DNA of 37,851 nt from Opitutia bacterium (GCA_018695085.1 JABHOU010000189.1:1-37851), one strand, 5' to 3'; shown: positions 1-10,700, numbered from the stretch's first letter. Numbers and translations: made by a program. Notes: generated from the sequence alone by a model not told the origin.

Positions 1-1
1 C

Positions 2-982
2 ATGCGCGATCATTGGGTGCCTGAAGAAAAAGCACCGCTATATTTAGATACGCTACGACGCCTTTTTCAATATTTCTTCGTTACCTATTTGGATCAGGAA
101 AATGGGCTTCTCATGATTCGTGACTCCGAGCGCAATACGGTCGAAAACCACACGACACGCATGGCCAACTTCGACGCCGCTCGATATCTGTGCCAATGGT
201 CACGGCTGGCCCGAGTCATTGGAGGGTCCCTACGCGTACCAACGCCCAATCGCTCGAAAACAGGTGGACGGTTCGTCATATTTGATAAATCTCACAAGAA
301 AGAACACGGACTCTTCCTCTTTCGGGACGAAAATGCCGGAATACAGTTTCAACTTCCTCTAGTCGGTCCCGGCAAGGAGGTCACTTCCGACTCGCTTGCA
401 TTTCCTCATTGCCAAGGAATCTTCGATTGGCCTGTCAATAAATACCTACCCGTACTTTTGCCGGAACTTACTTTCGACGATCAAGTCGTCATCCCCTCTT
501 ACTACGGAAAGAATTGCGTTACGGGAATTGGTCTACGAAATTCCTTTTACCTACGGTTCGAGCAACCGGACTTGGTTCGAACCGACGGCACATTCGCTTA
601 TGGTTTGGGAAGTTGCCAAGTTCAATGGTCATTTGGCCAAGGAAAGGTCACTTCCGAATTCACCTTTCGCGTGAAAAATCAGGTTACGATGAACAGTATG
701 AGATATGCCATCGTTATAGGCTCCCCTCATTCCGCCTATCGCCTAGGAACCACTTTGCGTCAAGGAACAGCAGGTTTAAGACCCACTGTCGAAAAAGATG
801 ACTTCAAGGCCGCTTGGGGCGACTTTGAAACAGTAACGGACGACCCTGAATACAGGGGTTACGCAGGCAATGTTCACTATGTCCAGTTTCTGCGCCGAGA
901 ACACCCTCTGATTATGCGTCCGGGCGTCCAATACAAGTTCCAAATATCTTTCGAACCGGACATCGCTTTCGCCGACGAATAA
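2..982 (+). CDS. Hypothetical protein; probably the C-terminal 326 aa of a gene that starts left of the window
   Basis: The frame is open from the window edge (position 2) to TAA at 980-982. Amino-acid composition looks like an ordinary globular protein and I recognise no motif. The ATG at 2-4 is probably internal. hisF follows 47 nt later on the same strand. Confidence 0.5.
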   Translation: MRDHWVPEEKAPLYLDTLRRLFQYFFVTYLDQENGLLMIRDSERNTVENHTTRMANFDAARYLCQWSRLARVIGGSLRVPTPNRSKTGGRFVIFDKSHKKEHGLFLFRDENAGIQFQLPLVGPGKEVTSDSLAFPHCQGIFDWPVNKYLPVLLPELTFDDQVVIPSYYGKNCVTGIGLRNSFYLRFEQPDLVRTDGTFAYGLGSCQVQWSFGQGKVTSEFTFRVKNQVTMNSMRYAIVIGSPHSAYRLGTTLRQGTAGLRPTVEKDDFKAAWGDFETVTDDPEYRGYAGNVHYVQFLRREHPLIMRPGVQYKFQISFEPDIAFADE

Positions 983-1029
983 TTTGATCGGCATTTTCTC
1001 ATCCATATTCCGGAAAGAATTAGACGTCC

Positions 1030-1791
1030 ATGCTCTCCGCACGAGTCATCCCATGTCTCGACGTAGACGCAGGAAGAGTAGTCAAAGGCATACGTTTCAA
1101 AGAACTACGTGACGCCGGTGATCCCGTGTCGGTCGCACAAGCCTACGAGGAACAAGGAGCCGATGAACTGGTATTCTTGGATATCACGGCTTCTAGCGAT
1201 GAGCGAAATATAATGCGCGATGTTGTGGAACGCACGGCTTCAACCTGTTTCATGCCCCTCACGGTTGGAGGTGGTCTACGGTCGGTGGAAGATGTCCGCC
1301 AAATGCTTCTTTCGGGAGCAGATAAAGTTAGTCTCAACACCGCTGCAATTCTAGATCCGAAGCTAGTCGAAGACGCCGCCGCCAAATTCGGGAACCAGTG
1401 TATCGTCGTTGCAATCGACGCCAAAGTCGAACCCGACGGGAACAGTTGGCGCGTATACACACACGGCGGACGAAAACCGACGGAATTGGATGCAGTGGAG
1501 TGGGCTCGCAAAGTAGTCTCTCGTGGAGCAGGCGAAATCCTTCTCACGAGCATGGACCGGGACGGCACCAAGATCGGCTTTGACCTAAAGCTCACTCGAG
1601 CCGTGAGCGATGCGGTGGAAGTTCCGGTCATTGCCTCGGGAGGCGTAGGTGAGCTAAGTCACCTTGTGGATGGCATAAGAGACGGCAAGGCGTCGGCCGT
1701 GCTGGCCGCAAGTATCTTTCACTTCGGTGAATATACGGTTTTGGAGGCTAAACAAGCACTCGCCGATGCCGGCATACCGGCAAGACTTTAA
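1030..1791 (+). CDS. hisF: Imidazole glycerol phosphate synthase, cyclase subunit HisF
   Basis: ATG at 1030, TAA at 1789-1791, 253 aa. HisF hallmarks are present: N-terminal [47 protein letters not shown] and VIASGGVG. A purine-rich GGAAAGAA lies about 10-18 nt upstream. Confidence 0.95.
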   Translation: MLSARVIPCLDVDAGRVVKGIRFKELRDAGDPVSVAQAYEEQGADELVFLDITASSDERNIMRDVVERTASTCFMPLTVGGGLRSVEDVRQMLLSGADKVSLNTAAILDPKLVEDAAAKFGNQCIVVAIDAKVEPDGNSWRVYTHGGRKPTELDAVEWARKVVSRGAGEILLTSMDRDGTKIGFDLKLTRAVSDAVEVPVIASGGVGELSHLVDGIRDGKASAVLAASIFHFGEYTVLEAKQALADAGIPARL

Positions 1792-1827
1792 GGCTATCCC
1801 AATACTTGTGAGCTTTTGCTTGCCTAC

Positions 1828-2367
1828 CTACCTACCGACCTTCTCCGCTTGTATATTCGTCCACTTCAAGAAAGCTTTGTTACCCATGCTATCTACGTCG
1901 CCTCGGCCATCCTTGGTCACGACAGAGCCATCAGGGGCCAAGATCACAAGATAGGGTATACCGCTGACACCCATCTTCTTGACGAGCAAATTAGCTGCTG
2001 TGGATTGATGTTTTATCGCCGGCCAAGGCATCATATACTTTTTCATATAGTTGGCTTGGGCCTTAGAGGAATTATCGGCACTAACGAGCAACACTTCGAA
2101 CTTGTCCTTGTTGGCTTTGTGGAATTCCACAAGCTTTGGAGTAAAGGTTCGACAAGGCGGACACCAACTGGCTGAAAAATATAGTCCCACGTACTTTCCG
2201 GATAGGGTTTTGCTGGAAACGGCTTTTCCGGAAGCATCAAGAAACTCTTCGGGTAAAGAAACTTTTAATGCCTTTTCTCCCTTGGGCTTCGCCATAGATA
2301 CCGCGGATAACACGGCAAGACTGAGCGTTATGGCAAAGAGACGGAAGACATGACATTTCAGGTACAT
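1828..2367 (-). CDS. Exported thioredoxin-fold thiol-disulfide oxidoreductase (nucleoredoxin/tryparedoxin-like, WCPPC active site)
   Basis: ATG at 2367-2365, 179 aa. It has an N-terminal hydrophobic signal sequence (FRLFAITLSLAVLSAVSMA), the motif YFSASWCPPCRTFTP, and a later GIPYLVIL cis-Pro-loop-like segment typical of the TlpA/nucleoredoxin group. It is convergent with hisF across a 36-nt gap. Confidence 0.85.
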   Translation of the reverse strand: MYLKCHVFRLFAITLSLAVLSAVSMAKPKGEKALKVSLPEEFLDASGKAVSSKTLSGKYVGLYFSASWCPPCRTFTPKLVEFHKANKDKFEVLLVSADNSSKAQANYMKKYMMPWPAIKHQSTAANLLVKKMGVSGIPYLVILAPDGSVVTKDGRGDVDSMGNKAFLKWTNIQAEKVGR

Positions 2368-2384
2368 GTGAATTTATTGATGTT

Positions 2385-2427
2385 TAGGGAAAAATTAAAA
2401 CAAAGGTTTGCCCGCGTTAAGCGCAAG
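2385..2427 (-). terminator. Weak candidate intrinsic terminator after the GT4 pair
   Basis: The minus-strand RNA is CUUGCG-CUUAA-CGCGGG: a 6-bp stem (4 Watson-Crick plus 2 G-U pairs) with a 5-nt loop at 2411-2427. It is followed by U-rich CAAACCUUUGUUUUAAUUUUU. The stem is short and the U tract is interrupted. Confidence 0.25.
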
Positions 2428-2449
2428 AGGCTTGGAAGGCAAAAAATCA

Positions 2450-3574
2450 TTAGGCAGCAGAGAGGATACTCGAAAAGTCGTCCAGAAACCTTTTTGAAAC
2501 CGTCTCCAAAGTAAATTTTTCAGCCTGCTTATAGGCTGCATTGCCAATAAGGGGTAGCCTTTCGGGTTTACTTAGGATGTCTGCCATTTTGTCTCTCAGG
2601 TTCATAATGACATTACCTCCTCGATGATCGAAAACAAATCCCGTGCCACCATCCTGCACAAAATCCCGGAAGCAATCCAAGCCGGAGACCAAGGGAGGGC
2701 ATCCGCAACTCATTGCCTCAAGAGCGGCCAATCCGAATGTCTCTCCTCGCTCGGCCATCGAGGGGTAGACAAACAAATTGGCGCGGCCTAATTCCTTACG
2801 CAATTTACCATCATCAAACACTGGGTCTAGAAAGCGAATGGCTTCTTTTGCCGACTTGGCCAAATCTTTTAGGTTTTCAAGAAAACCTTTCCCTCCCCCA
2901 CCCTCGCTCTCTTTCCAGGGTCCACGAATGTCCAGTCGCCATTGCCTCCGTAGCTGTTCCGGTAAATCCGCAAAGGCCTTCACTAATTCGCACAAACCCT
3001 TCTCGGGGTGAATGCGACCTAAATAGAGAATCGTTTGCTCTCGACCCGCACTTGCAGGAACATCCTCTAAATCCCATGAAATAGGATAAGGTATTGCCTT
3101 CACCATGTACGCCTTACCTGGAACCTCTCTTCGAATGGCCTCGGCGATTGCTTCCGAAGGCGCCTGCAGGCGCTTCGCCAAGCCATATAGCTTCATTTGC
3201 CCTTTGGGATATCTCCCGACATGGACATAGAGAGCTCCACTGGATGAATCTCTAACCAAGAGAGGTGCCCAAAATGCATTCGTTACAAGAATGTCCGCTT
3301 GCGGCAAAGACCTTCGAGCCCGCAAAACATAACGGAAATCCCTCCATTTGAGCACCAAAGAGGAGGCCGTTGCCTCGAATCCGCTAACCCTAACATGACT
3401 TACGCCTTCGATAGTCTCATGTAAAGGCAAGCCATCGCACAAGCGAGAAACATGGGTTACCTCATGTCCCTCCCGGGCAAAAGCCTTTCCCAACCTAAAC
3501 CAAGCCTTCTCAATGGCACCACCCCTCAACGGCGGCACGGGAAGAAAAGCCCCTTGAAGAATAGTGATGCGCAC
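2450..3574 (-). CDS. Glycosyltransferase family 4 (GT-B fold)
   Basis: GT4 signatures are present: GRIHPEKGLCELVKAF and LFVYPSMAERGETFGLAALEAMSCGCPPLVS (E-x7-E). The ORF track starts at a TTG at 3676, which would overlap the upstream gene by 98 nt. A GTG at 3574-3572 gives the typical GT4 N-terminus VRITILQGAFLPVPPLRGG and lies 4 nt after the upstream TGA (3581-3579). I therefore prefer 3574 as the start. Confidence 0.85.
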   Translation of the reverse strand: MRITILQGAFLPVPPLRGGAIEKAWFRLGKAFAREGHEVTHVSRLCDGLPLHETIEGVSHVRVSGFEATASSLVLKWRDFRYVLRARRSLPQADILVTNAFWAPLLVRDSSSGALYVHVGRYPKGQMKLYGLAKRLQAPSEAIAEAIRREVPGKAYMVKAIPYPISWDLEDVPASAGREQTILYLGRIHPEKGLCELVKAFADLPEQLRRQWRLDIRGPWKESEGGGGKGFLENLKDLAKSAKEAIRFLDPVFDDGKLRKELGRANLFVYPSMAERGETFGLAALEAMSCGCPPLVSGLDCFRDFVQDGGTGFVFDHRGGNVIMNLRDKMADILSKPERLPLIGNAAYKQAEKFTLETVSKRFLDDFSSILSAA

Positions 3575-3578
3575 GGAA

Positions 3579-4712
3579 TCAGTTGCTTGCAACCAAGGCG
3601 GCAAGATTACGTGCGGCTGTATTAATCCGAAAACGCTTCTCGAAACACGGGCGAGCGTTAGGAGCAAGCTTCGCAAAAGCAGGATTCTTCCATTCTCGCA
3701 TCAAAGCTCTAACGCCGGAAAGATCATCAGTGGAAACTTTTCCAGCTCGATCGTCCTCCACCTCTCGCCACAGGTTAACTTTGTCGGTGATCAGCACCGG
3801 AGTGCCTACGGCAAGAGCTTCGGCCACAACCATACCGAAATTTTCCTGATGGGACGGAAGAATCAACGAATCCGCTGTCCGCAAGGCACCCCACTTAACG
3901 TCACCTTGAATCATCCCCGCCCAAGTGATTCGATCTGCAAATGCACTGGATGACCGAACCAGCTCTTCGGCAAAAAACCCATCTTCGCTTGGTCCCGCAA
4001 CAACGAGATGGTCATCCGCTGTCGACAATTCTTCGAATGCCTGAAGAAGAAGATCGATGCCTTTCTTGCGATGGATACGACCCAGGAAAAGCAACACCCT
4101 CTTGTTTCGCAAGCTTGGAAATTTCTCATGAAAAGCATTTGTTTGAGCATCCATATCTGGAGGCGGTTCGCCGACACCCAGACCCGTCACGACCTCGTTG
4201 CACCGATACGGGCTAAAAGTTCCGCGGGCAAGTCGCCGTTCCTCATCGGTGGTAAAACATACTGCCTTGGCATTCCGCAATATTCGACCTTGGCGGAGCC
4301 ACCAGAACAACATTTTCTTAAGGTGTTTTACGGGATATTGGCTCTTGAACCAAGGATCGAGCATTCCATGAGGATAGACAAAGTAAGGCTTGCCCGCTTT
4401 ACGAGCAGCCTTACGAACGGCTACACTTGGGTACTGCCACAAGCCATGGGATACAAGTGCGTCAAAACTGGTGGCGTTTTCCATCAGCCATGACCCAAGG
4501 GCAGGACAAGAGTGGTAGCTGGAACCCGATGCAGGACCAAATCCTCTGACTGCAAGGTCTAATTCTTCGAAAAAAGAAGACGAGGGTTGATCACAGGTCG
4601 CTATTTCCGCTTTATGGCCCACCTCCGTAGAGGCCTCCGCCAATCGGTTAACCGCTTCGGCCACCCCTCCGGCCAAAGGATTACAGGAATGAACTACGTG
4701 GAGTAGCCTCAC
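3579..4712 (-). CDS. Glycosyltransferase family 4 (GT-B fold)
   Basis: 377 aa, GTG start at 4712-4710, N-terminus MRLLHVVHSCNPLAGGV. GT4 signatures are present: FLGRIHRKKGIDLLLQAF and SLILPSHQENFGMVVAEALAVGTPVLITD (E-x7-E). It starts only 22 nt after the stop of the 3857-aa gene. Confidence 0.88.
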   Translation of the reverse strand: MRLLHVVHSCNPLAGGVAEAVNRLAEASTEVGHKAEIATCDQPSSSFFEELDLAVRGFGPASGSSYHSCPALGSWLMENATSFDALVSHGLWQYPSVAVRKAARKAGKPYFVYPHGMLDPWFKSQYPVKHLKKMLFWWLRQGRILRNAKAVCFTTDEERRLARGTFSPYRCNEVVTGLGVGEPPPDMDAQTNAFHEKFPSLRNKRVLLFLGRIHRKKGIDLLLQAFEELSTADDHLVVAGPSEDGFFAEELVRSSSAFADRITWAGMIQGDVKWGALRTADSLILPSHQENFGMVVAEALAVGTPVLITDKVNLWREVEDDRAGKVSTDDLSGVRALMREWKNPAFAKLAPNARPCFEKRFRINTAARNLAALVASN

Positions 4713-4734
4713 GCTGGTGCGTAAAGCTTGCTGA

Positions 4735-7700
4735 TCATCTTTTTTCGTACTCCTTTAGATCGTAATCGTAAAATAAACGACCAGGCTTCGCGGGGTCTGA
4801 ACCTAGACGATATGCAGTCCACTTCCCGGAACTAGAATCAAAAAGCGGTAGCAGAGATCCATTGGCTGTTAACTTTTCATTATTCCATATCGATTCCGAC
4901 GACCACATCCAACCAATGCCGGAAATATAAAACCATGCCTCTTTTGAGGTGGGTGCCTGAACGTAAACCCAGCCCAATCCATTCGCACTATCATCGCCGC
5001 CTGTGTGATAGATCCAAGGAAAGGTTCGATCACTGTAAAAACCAAGCCAAGGCAAGTATTTCCAATCCTTGGCAGTTTGATGCTCTTCGGCGTCTTTTGA
5101 AATCGACATGTTTGCAAATCGAGACCTGTATCGATGATCCTTCATCATGGCTTGTATCTGGGAAGCCATAGGCATGCTGGAGTATTTATTGATTTCCGCT
5201 TGATCCAAGGACACTAAATTGTCCTGCCAAAGTGCCAGCATGGCTGCGGCCGTTTGAAACTCATGTTGTTTTTTCGGAGCTTCCCAGAGCAAATCCAAGC
5301 CATCTACCTGCTCTTCCAAGACCATGTGAGTGGTAAATAGTACGGCTCCATCGCCATTCTTATAATTCGGTGTGGCTGGGGCTGGTTGATTATTGCCTCC
5401 TCCGCCAAACATTCCTCCGCCTCCTCCAAACATCCCGCCGCCAAAACCTCCGCCGAACATATTGTTGTTGTTGTTGTTGTTGTTATTACCTCTTCCTCCT
5501 CCGCCAAAACCGCCCCCCATCATGCTATACATCATCATCTGCTGAATCATCTGCTGCTGCTGATTATTTTGCTGTGCCTGTTGAGGGTCGAGGCTCTTTA
5601 TTCTGTAAGATCCTTGCACTTGCTGTTGAAGCGTTGGCTCGAGACCGTGCTTGTTTCCAAATAAAAGCGTAACGAAACTGCGGCGATTAAACTCGTTTTC
5701 ATCACCATTGAAAGGTCCTATCGCTCCATGAGTACGAAGAAAGGGAAGCGAGGAAAACGTCATATCCAGATAGGAACCCAATCGAAACGCGTTGTCGGGG
5801 AAATCGGTCGCATTTGTGTCGCTTGTTTTCCAAAGGACTTCCTGGTTCGTTGAATAGCCATCGCCGTCCGTATCCCCACTACCATCCGTTCCGTAGTTTG
5901 GAATTGCAGAATAGGTTTGGAGGGCATCGTCCATCAAGTTTTTCGAAGGCCAATAACCCATGGTGATATAGTAACCCGCTACGGCACTCACAAGATCCTG
6001 AAAAGATTGTCTTTGAGAGATGTTTGACACCCAATTCAAAAAAGCGGTGTCGTTAAAAATATATTCCCCATGAGTCCCACCACCAATATAATCTAAGGAT
6101 AATTCCACCTCTTGCTCGGAAGGTTCGTAAAAAAGCAAATCTTTGTAAAACTGACTTACGGCGGATTTCATCTCACCCAAGGGGTTCCGTTTGGTCAGAG
6201 TAATCGTTATCGGGGAGGAAACTATAGAAGGCGTATAGGTCATGCCACCGATGGTTTCATTTTGCATGACTACCGCACCGAAAAGATCTACCTTGTCATC
6301 GCTACCTGCGACCTCTTGTTTGGTGCTCCACTCAAACGTAAAGCGACCCGAACCAAAGGAGGTTTCGTTAGCTAAACCAATTTCCGCACCATTCGCGAAA
6401 AGGGCCATCTGGCGTGCTTGTTGAGCAGCGTTGGGATTGTTACCGGCAGTGGCGTCAGGACCAATCACGCGGGGAAGGTTTACGCCTTTAACTTCCACCG
6501 TAATGTTCATGACTTGACCAACCGTATATTCAGTTTCCGGAAGAGGGCTTATCATGGTGGCCTCGGGTAATTGAACAGAACCCGCCACGGTCCCCCGGTC
6601 GGTCAAGGATATACGATTGTCGCTGTTGTCCACAGCGACTGCCGTCAATTCCCAAAAGCGATCTGTTTCGAAAAGGGAAGTACTGGAATCGGGTGAAAAA
6701 ATACAATAAAAGGGTGCTTTGTCATCAACATGATAAAACTGGCCGTTAAGGTAGAACTCTACCCGATTTACACCATCGTCTAAATCCACGATTGCAGGAA
6801 CGAAAACCAGCCGAGAACCTCTCGTGGTAGCACCCTGTCGAGTCAATGATGGATAATGACTATATGCACCATCGGGCAGCTCTCCTATTTGGGGCAATAC
6901 TTCGATTCGCTTCTCCGCTAATTTTTCAATTCCGTTTTGGTCAGTGGCGATCGCCCGAATGGAATAACTTCCTGCATCCGCCGGAATGAATCCCGAACTA
7001 AACGGCCAAGTCGTGTCTGTCGAAACCAGAATCCCTCCTACATAGAACCTAACGCTTGCCACATTGGGCGTATTAGCCGTTTGGTCAGCAGCAAGAAAAA
7101 TCCAAGAGCCTGCTCGGTAAACTTCAACAACCTGAACCTCCAGCCATTGCTGAAGTAGATTAAAATCATTCAAGTATGGTGCCAACGGCTCTCCTTTGTC
7201 ATTGGTTAATTTTTCTTCGATCTCCAAGGTATCCGTGCTCAAAATTTTGGTCACTTTGAAAGTATTTTCGGTTGTGACATATTGCCCGGTTGCAGAATCG
7301 ACTCGACCGAACCTGATAATTTGACCAGGTACGAGGTCGGTCATAAAGGAGGTGCTCAAGCCACTGATATTTGTATTACCAACCACGGAAGCCCCAAATC
7401 CCGATCGGCGGACATTTCCGTTTGTGCTGCTAATGGTCAACGCTCCCAGTTGGGCATTCCCGGAAAGCGGACGGTTCAATGAGGTAAAGGCCAAAATCTC
7501 ACTTGTTTCCGAAACGACTGTAACTTTACTGGGAGCGGAAAAAAATAGGTTCCCTTCTTCGTCACGGGCATAGGCTAAGATTTCATAAATTCCTGGCTGG
7601 GTAGGAGTCCATGTAGTGTAGTAGGGGGGAAGAGTATCGGGAGCACCACCTGTATCAACGGACACTCCATTAACAAGAAAACCGACCCATTGTACCCCAA

Positions 7701-10700
7701 AGCTTAAGCCAATATTGGGATTTGGGTCTAAAATCATGGCCTCCAGAAAGAGAGAGTCATTTATGAGATAAGGAGTTTCGTTAAGGCCTCTTAGTGAAAT
7801 TTTAGGAGCATCCCCACTGCCGGTAGTTGAGGTAACGGTAATGGCGTTACTCATAACGCCATTGCCGCTATTGTCTCGAATCTCAGCGTGAAGAGTATGC
7901 ATTTCAGAGCGACTTACATTCCATTCAGTCGAAAACGTGCGCTTAATAGTATCCGTAACTGAGCTAACATTATGCTCAGAAAGAAGGTGGCCGTTAATGT
8001 AGAAGTCCAAGCTTTGAACCGAGCCATCGGGATCACTTCCGGTGGCATAGATGCGAGCCATCGAGGTGGAAGTCAAAGCCAGCCCGGCATTGGGGAAAAC
8101 AAACTCCACCTCCGGAGGTAAAGATCCTCCCATTTCCACAATTTTAATGCTAATCGGCCATGAAAAGCTTTCTTGATTTGTGTTATCAATGGCTCGAGCG
8201 GTGATTTCATGGACCCCGGGTATGGTCGGAGTCCATGTAAAAGAATAGCGAGAAGTTGTTCCGTCTCTAGTAACGACACCACCGCCGCCGCCACCGCCGC
8301 CGCCAAACTGCCCAATTTGAGTGGCGCCGGAATAAATAAAGAGTTGGCTTATTTCGCCGTCAGGATCTGATGCATTGAAAACGAAATGAACAGGTATGCC
8401 CGCAGTGTAAGTGGGCAAGTGAGTTTCTTCGTCTTGGCTTTCTTTAGTGCGCGGAACCATCATCTCGACTGTCGGTACTTTTCCTCTTTCGACGTTTATG
8501 GACAAAGTCTTGGTGCGAGCACTTAAACCATCGATCGAATTACCGTGTACGCGAATATCGAACAACCCCAAGGATGGAGGATCCCAAAGTAAAGAATAGT
8601 GAGGGTATGCGCCGCCGACTTGCAACGCGGTATCCTCGGTTCCATTCACAAATACTTGAAAACCATTGTTATTGATCAGTGTATCAGGATCATTCGCTTG
8701 AATGCCTATGAACACAGCTTCTCCCAAATTGGCTGTCATGGGTTTTATTGCTGTATTTAGACCTCCTTTAAAAACAAACTTGGCAGCGGGCGAAAATTTA
8801 CCGCCGCCCGTAAGCATAACTTTGTTTATCTGTCCCGAAGAATTATTGTCTTCGTCTTTTGGCGAAATAGTGACCGTACCGATAGGGGAAGTCACATCCC
8901 CATCTACAATGTAAAGCTCCGGAGCGGAATGATATCCTTTGCCTCGGAAAAGTATGTTGGATGCGTTAACCTCGCCATGGGCAAGGATATTGTTTTCATC
9001 AAGAAGCCCTGTAAGTGAAAGATCGGCAAAGTTCAAGGGTTCGAACTCAAACGACGGCGGTATCGATTCGAAGACCTCTCGCTTGATTACCGAGGAAACT
9101 TTTTTGTTGCCATGGTTGTCCCTTGCCACGGCATACAGTTCGTATACGCCTGCAGATCCCGGACTCCAAATCGCCTCATAGGGCTCATAAGCATCCTGTC
9201 CGCCCGGAATGGGAACTCCATTTTCATAAAAAGTAACGACGGAAACATAGCCATCCGCATCACTCGCTTCAGCCGTCAATGGAATTTCATTAAAATTAAA
9301 TCCTCCTCGAAAAGTTACCGGCGTCCCGGGAGTATACCCATTCCCTTGATTCGTTATTGTAACAGCGGTAACTGATTCATTGGCAATCGTGGCCGTAGCC
9401 GTCATCCCCGTACCGCCTCCCTGAATTTCAACTTGAGGAGCTGACTTGTAACCGGAACCGCCGTCAAGAACTTGCACACGAAAAGTAACACCATCTAGTC
9501 GTAATCTCAATACTGCTTCTGCGGATTCACCGGAGGGCTTGAGTACAGGAAATCCACCTGAAACATTTATCGTTATGTTAGAATCATTGGGATCCTTGAT
9601 TCCATGATTTTTCATGTTTAAAGATTCAATGGTGCCGAAATTTGGTTTAGTCGAATCGGTTTGCACCATCGCCGATACATCTGCTCCATTGGCACCGGTA
9701 ATCGCAATCTCAGGAGAAGAGGCATAACCAACGCCACCATGCTTAATTACAGGAACAATAGTATTATTATGATCTCCGCCCCAAGTTGCGGTAATTTCTG
9801 CATTACGTACGGGATATGCAAGTGCCACATCGGGCAAGCTTCCACTACCACTGGTACTGCTCAAAGTGCTAAAGTTGGACATAACGGAATTGCCACTGTT
9901 GTCCATTCCCACAGCAACAACGGAATGAACACCATGACCTGATCCAGCAGTCCATAAGGTACTGTAAGGGAAATTTTTCTGACCTTTACCAGCAGCTGCC
10001 GTAATGGGTTCACCATAAGGTACGCCATTTACATAAAATCGGACCCATTCCAATTTGCCGTCCGGGTCACTGGCTGATGCGTAAAATCGCATTTCAGATC
10101 CTCCGGTAATAGCCTCTCCATTTGTCGGAGAAGTCAAACTAACAGAAGGAATCTGAGATGGAGAACCCGGAATAATAATGACATGATGACCAGCGGAGTG
10201 AAAAGCGGATTTCATTCCATCATCAATCGCTTCTGCACTGATCTCGTATACGCCGGGAGCATCTGGTATCCATTCCAATATAAAATGATCAGTTCCGGGA
10301 ATTTTTCGGGCGCTGTTAATGACTGTAGCATCCAGAGTCGCATCAATAACAGCACCACCACCAGGCGTTATTGTAACGGTGGGGGGCGTGGTATATCCAG
10401 TTCCTGGGTTAGTTAACGTTACACCATTTATGACACCATTTGCATTTACCGTTACGGTTCCGGCGGCACCTGAGCCACCCCCTCCCGCAAAACCTAGTTG
10501 AGGCGGAGCTTGTGGGTCAAAACCAGCTCCGGGATTAACGATTGTCAATCCCCCAAGGTTCCCGTTCGTAGAGGCTCCCAGAATTGATCCGTTTCCATAA
10601 AACCTGACTTCCGTAACCTGCCCATCGACATCCTTCCCCTCAGCTTCGAGAATGACTCGCGACCCCAAAACGAATTGAAAAGGGTAGTCAGATGATAGGT

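Noticed and set aside
1143-1631. A 162-aa minus-strand ORF inside hisF. Smaller ORFs also overlap the thioredoxin-like and GT4 genes (for example 1816-2175, 2713-3084 and 4008-4493).
   Set aside because: They lie opposite to, or out of frame with, genes that have unambiguous family signatures. Their translations are Ser/Arg/Pro-rich, as is typical of shadow frames.
1792-1827. A possible bidirectional terminator in the 36-nt convergent gap between hisF and the thioredoxin-like gene (GUGAGC-UUUU-GCUUGC)
   Set aside because: The stem is 6 bp including two G-U pairs, and there is no U run on either strand. It is not supportable.
3575-3676. A TTG-initiated N-terminal extension of the first GT4 ORF that overlaps the upstream GT4 gene by 98 nt
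   Set aside because: The extension (MRSLLLTLARVSRSVFGLIQPHVILPPWLQATDS) is not GT4-like. A GTG at 3574 gives the canonical GT4 N-terminus and sits 4 nt after the upstream stop.
5386-5589. The idea that the FGGG repeats are nucleoporin-like FG repeats tied to PVC endomembrane or pore structures
   Set aside because: The resemblance is purely compositional. The protein has a signal peptide and an extracytoplasmic domain set. I kept only the more modest hypothesis of a self-associating low-complexity domain.
5304-5672. Three overlapping ORFs (both strands and other frames) across the low-complexity region
   Set aside because: They are produced by the repetitive GGN/AAC/CAG coding DNA, for example poly-Val, poly-Thr and poly-Cys translations. 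They are not independent genes.
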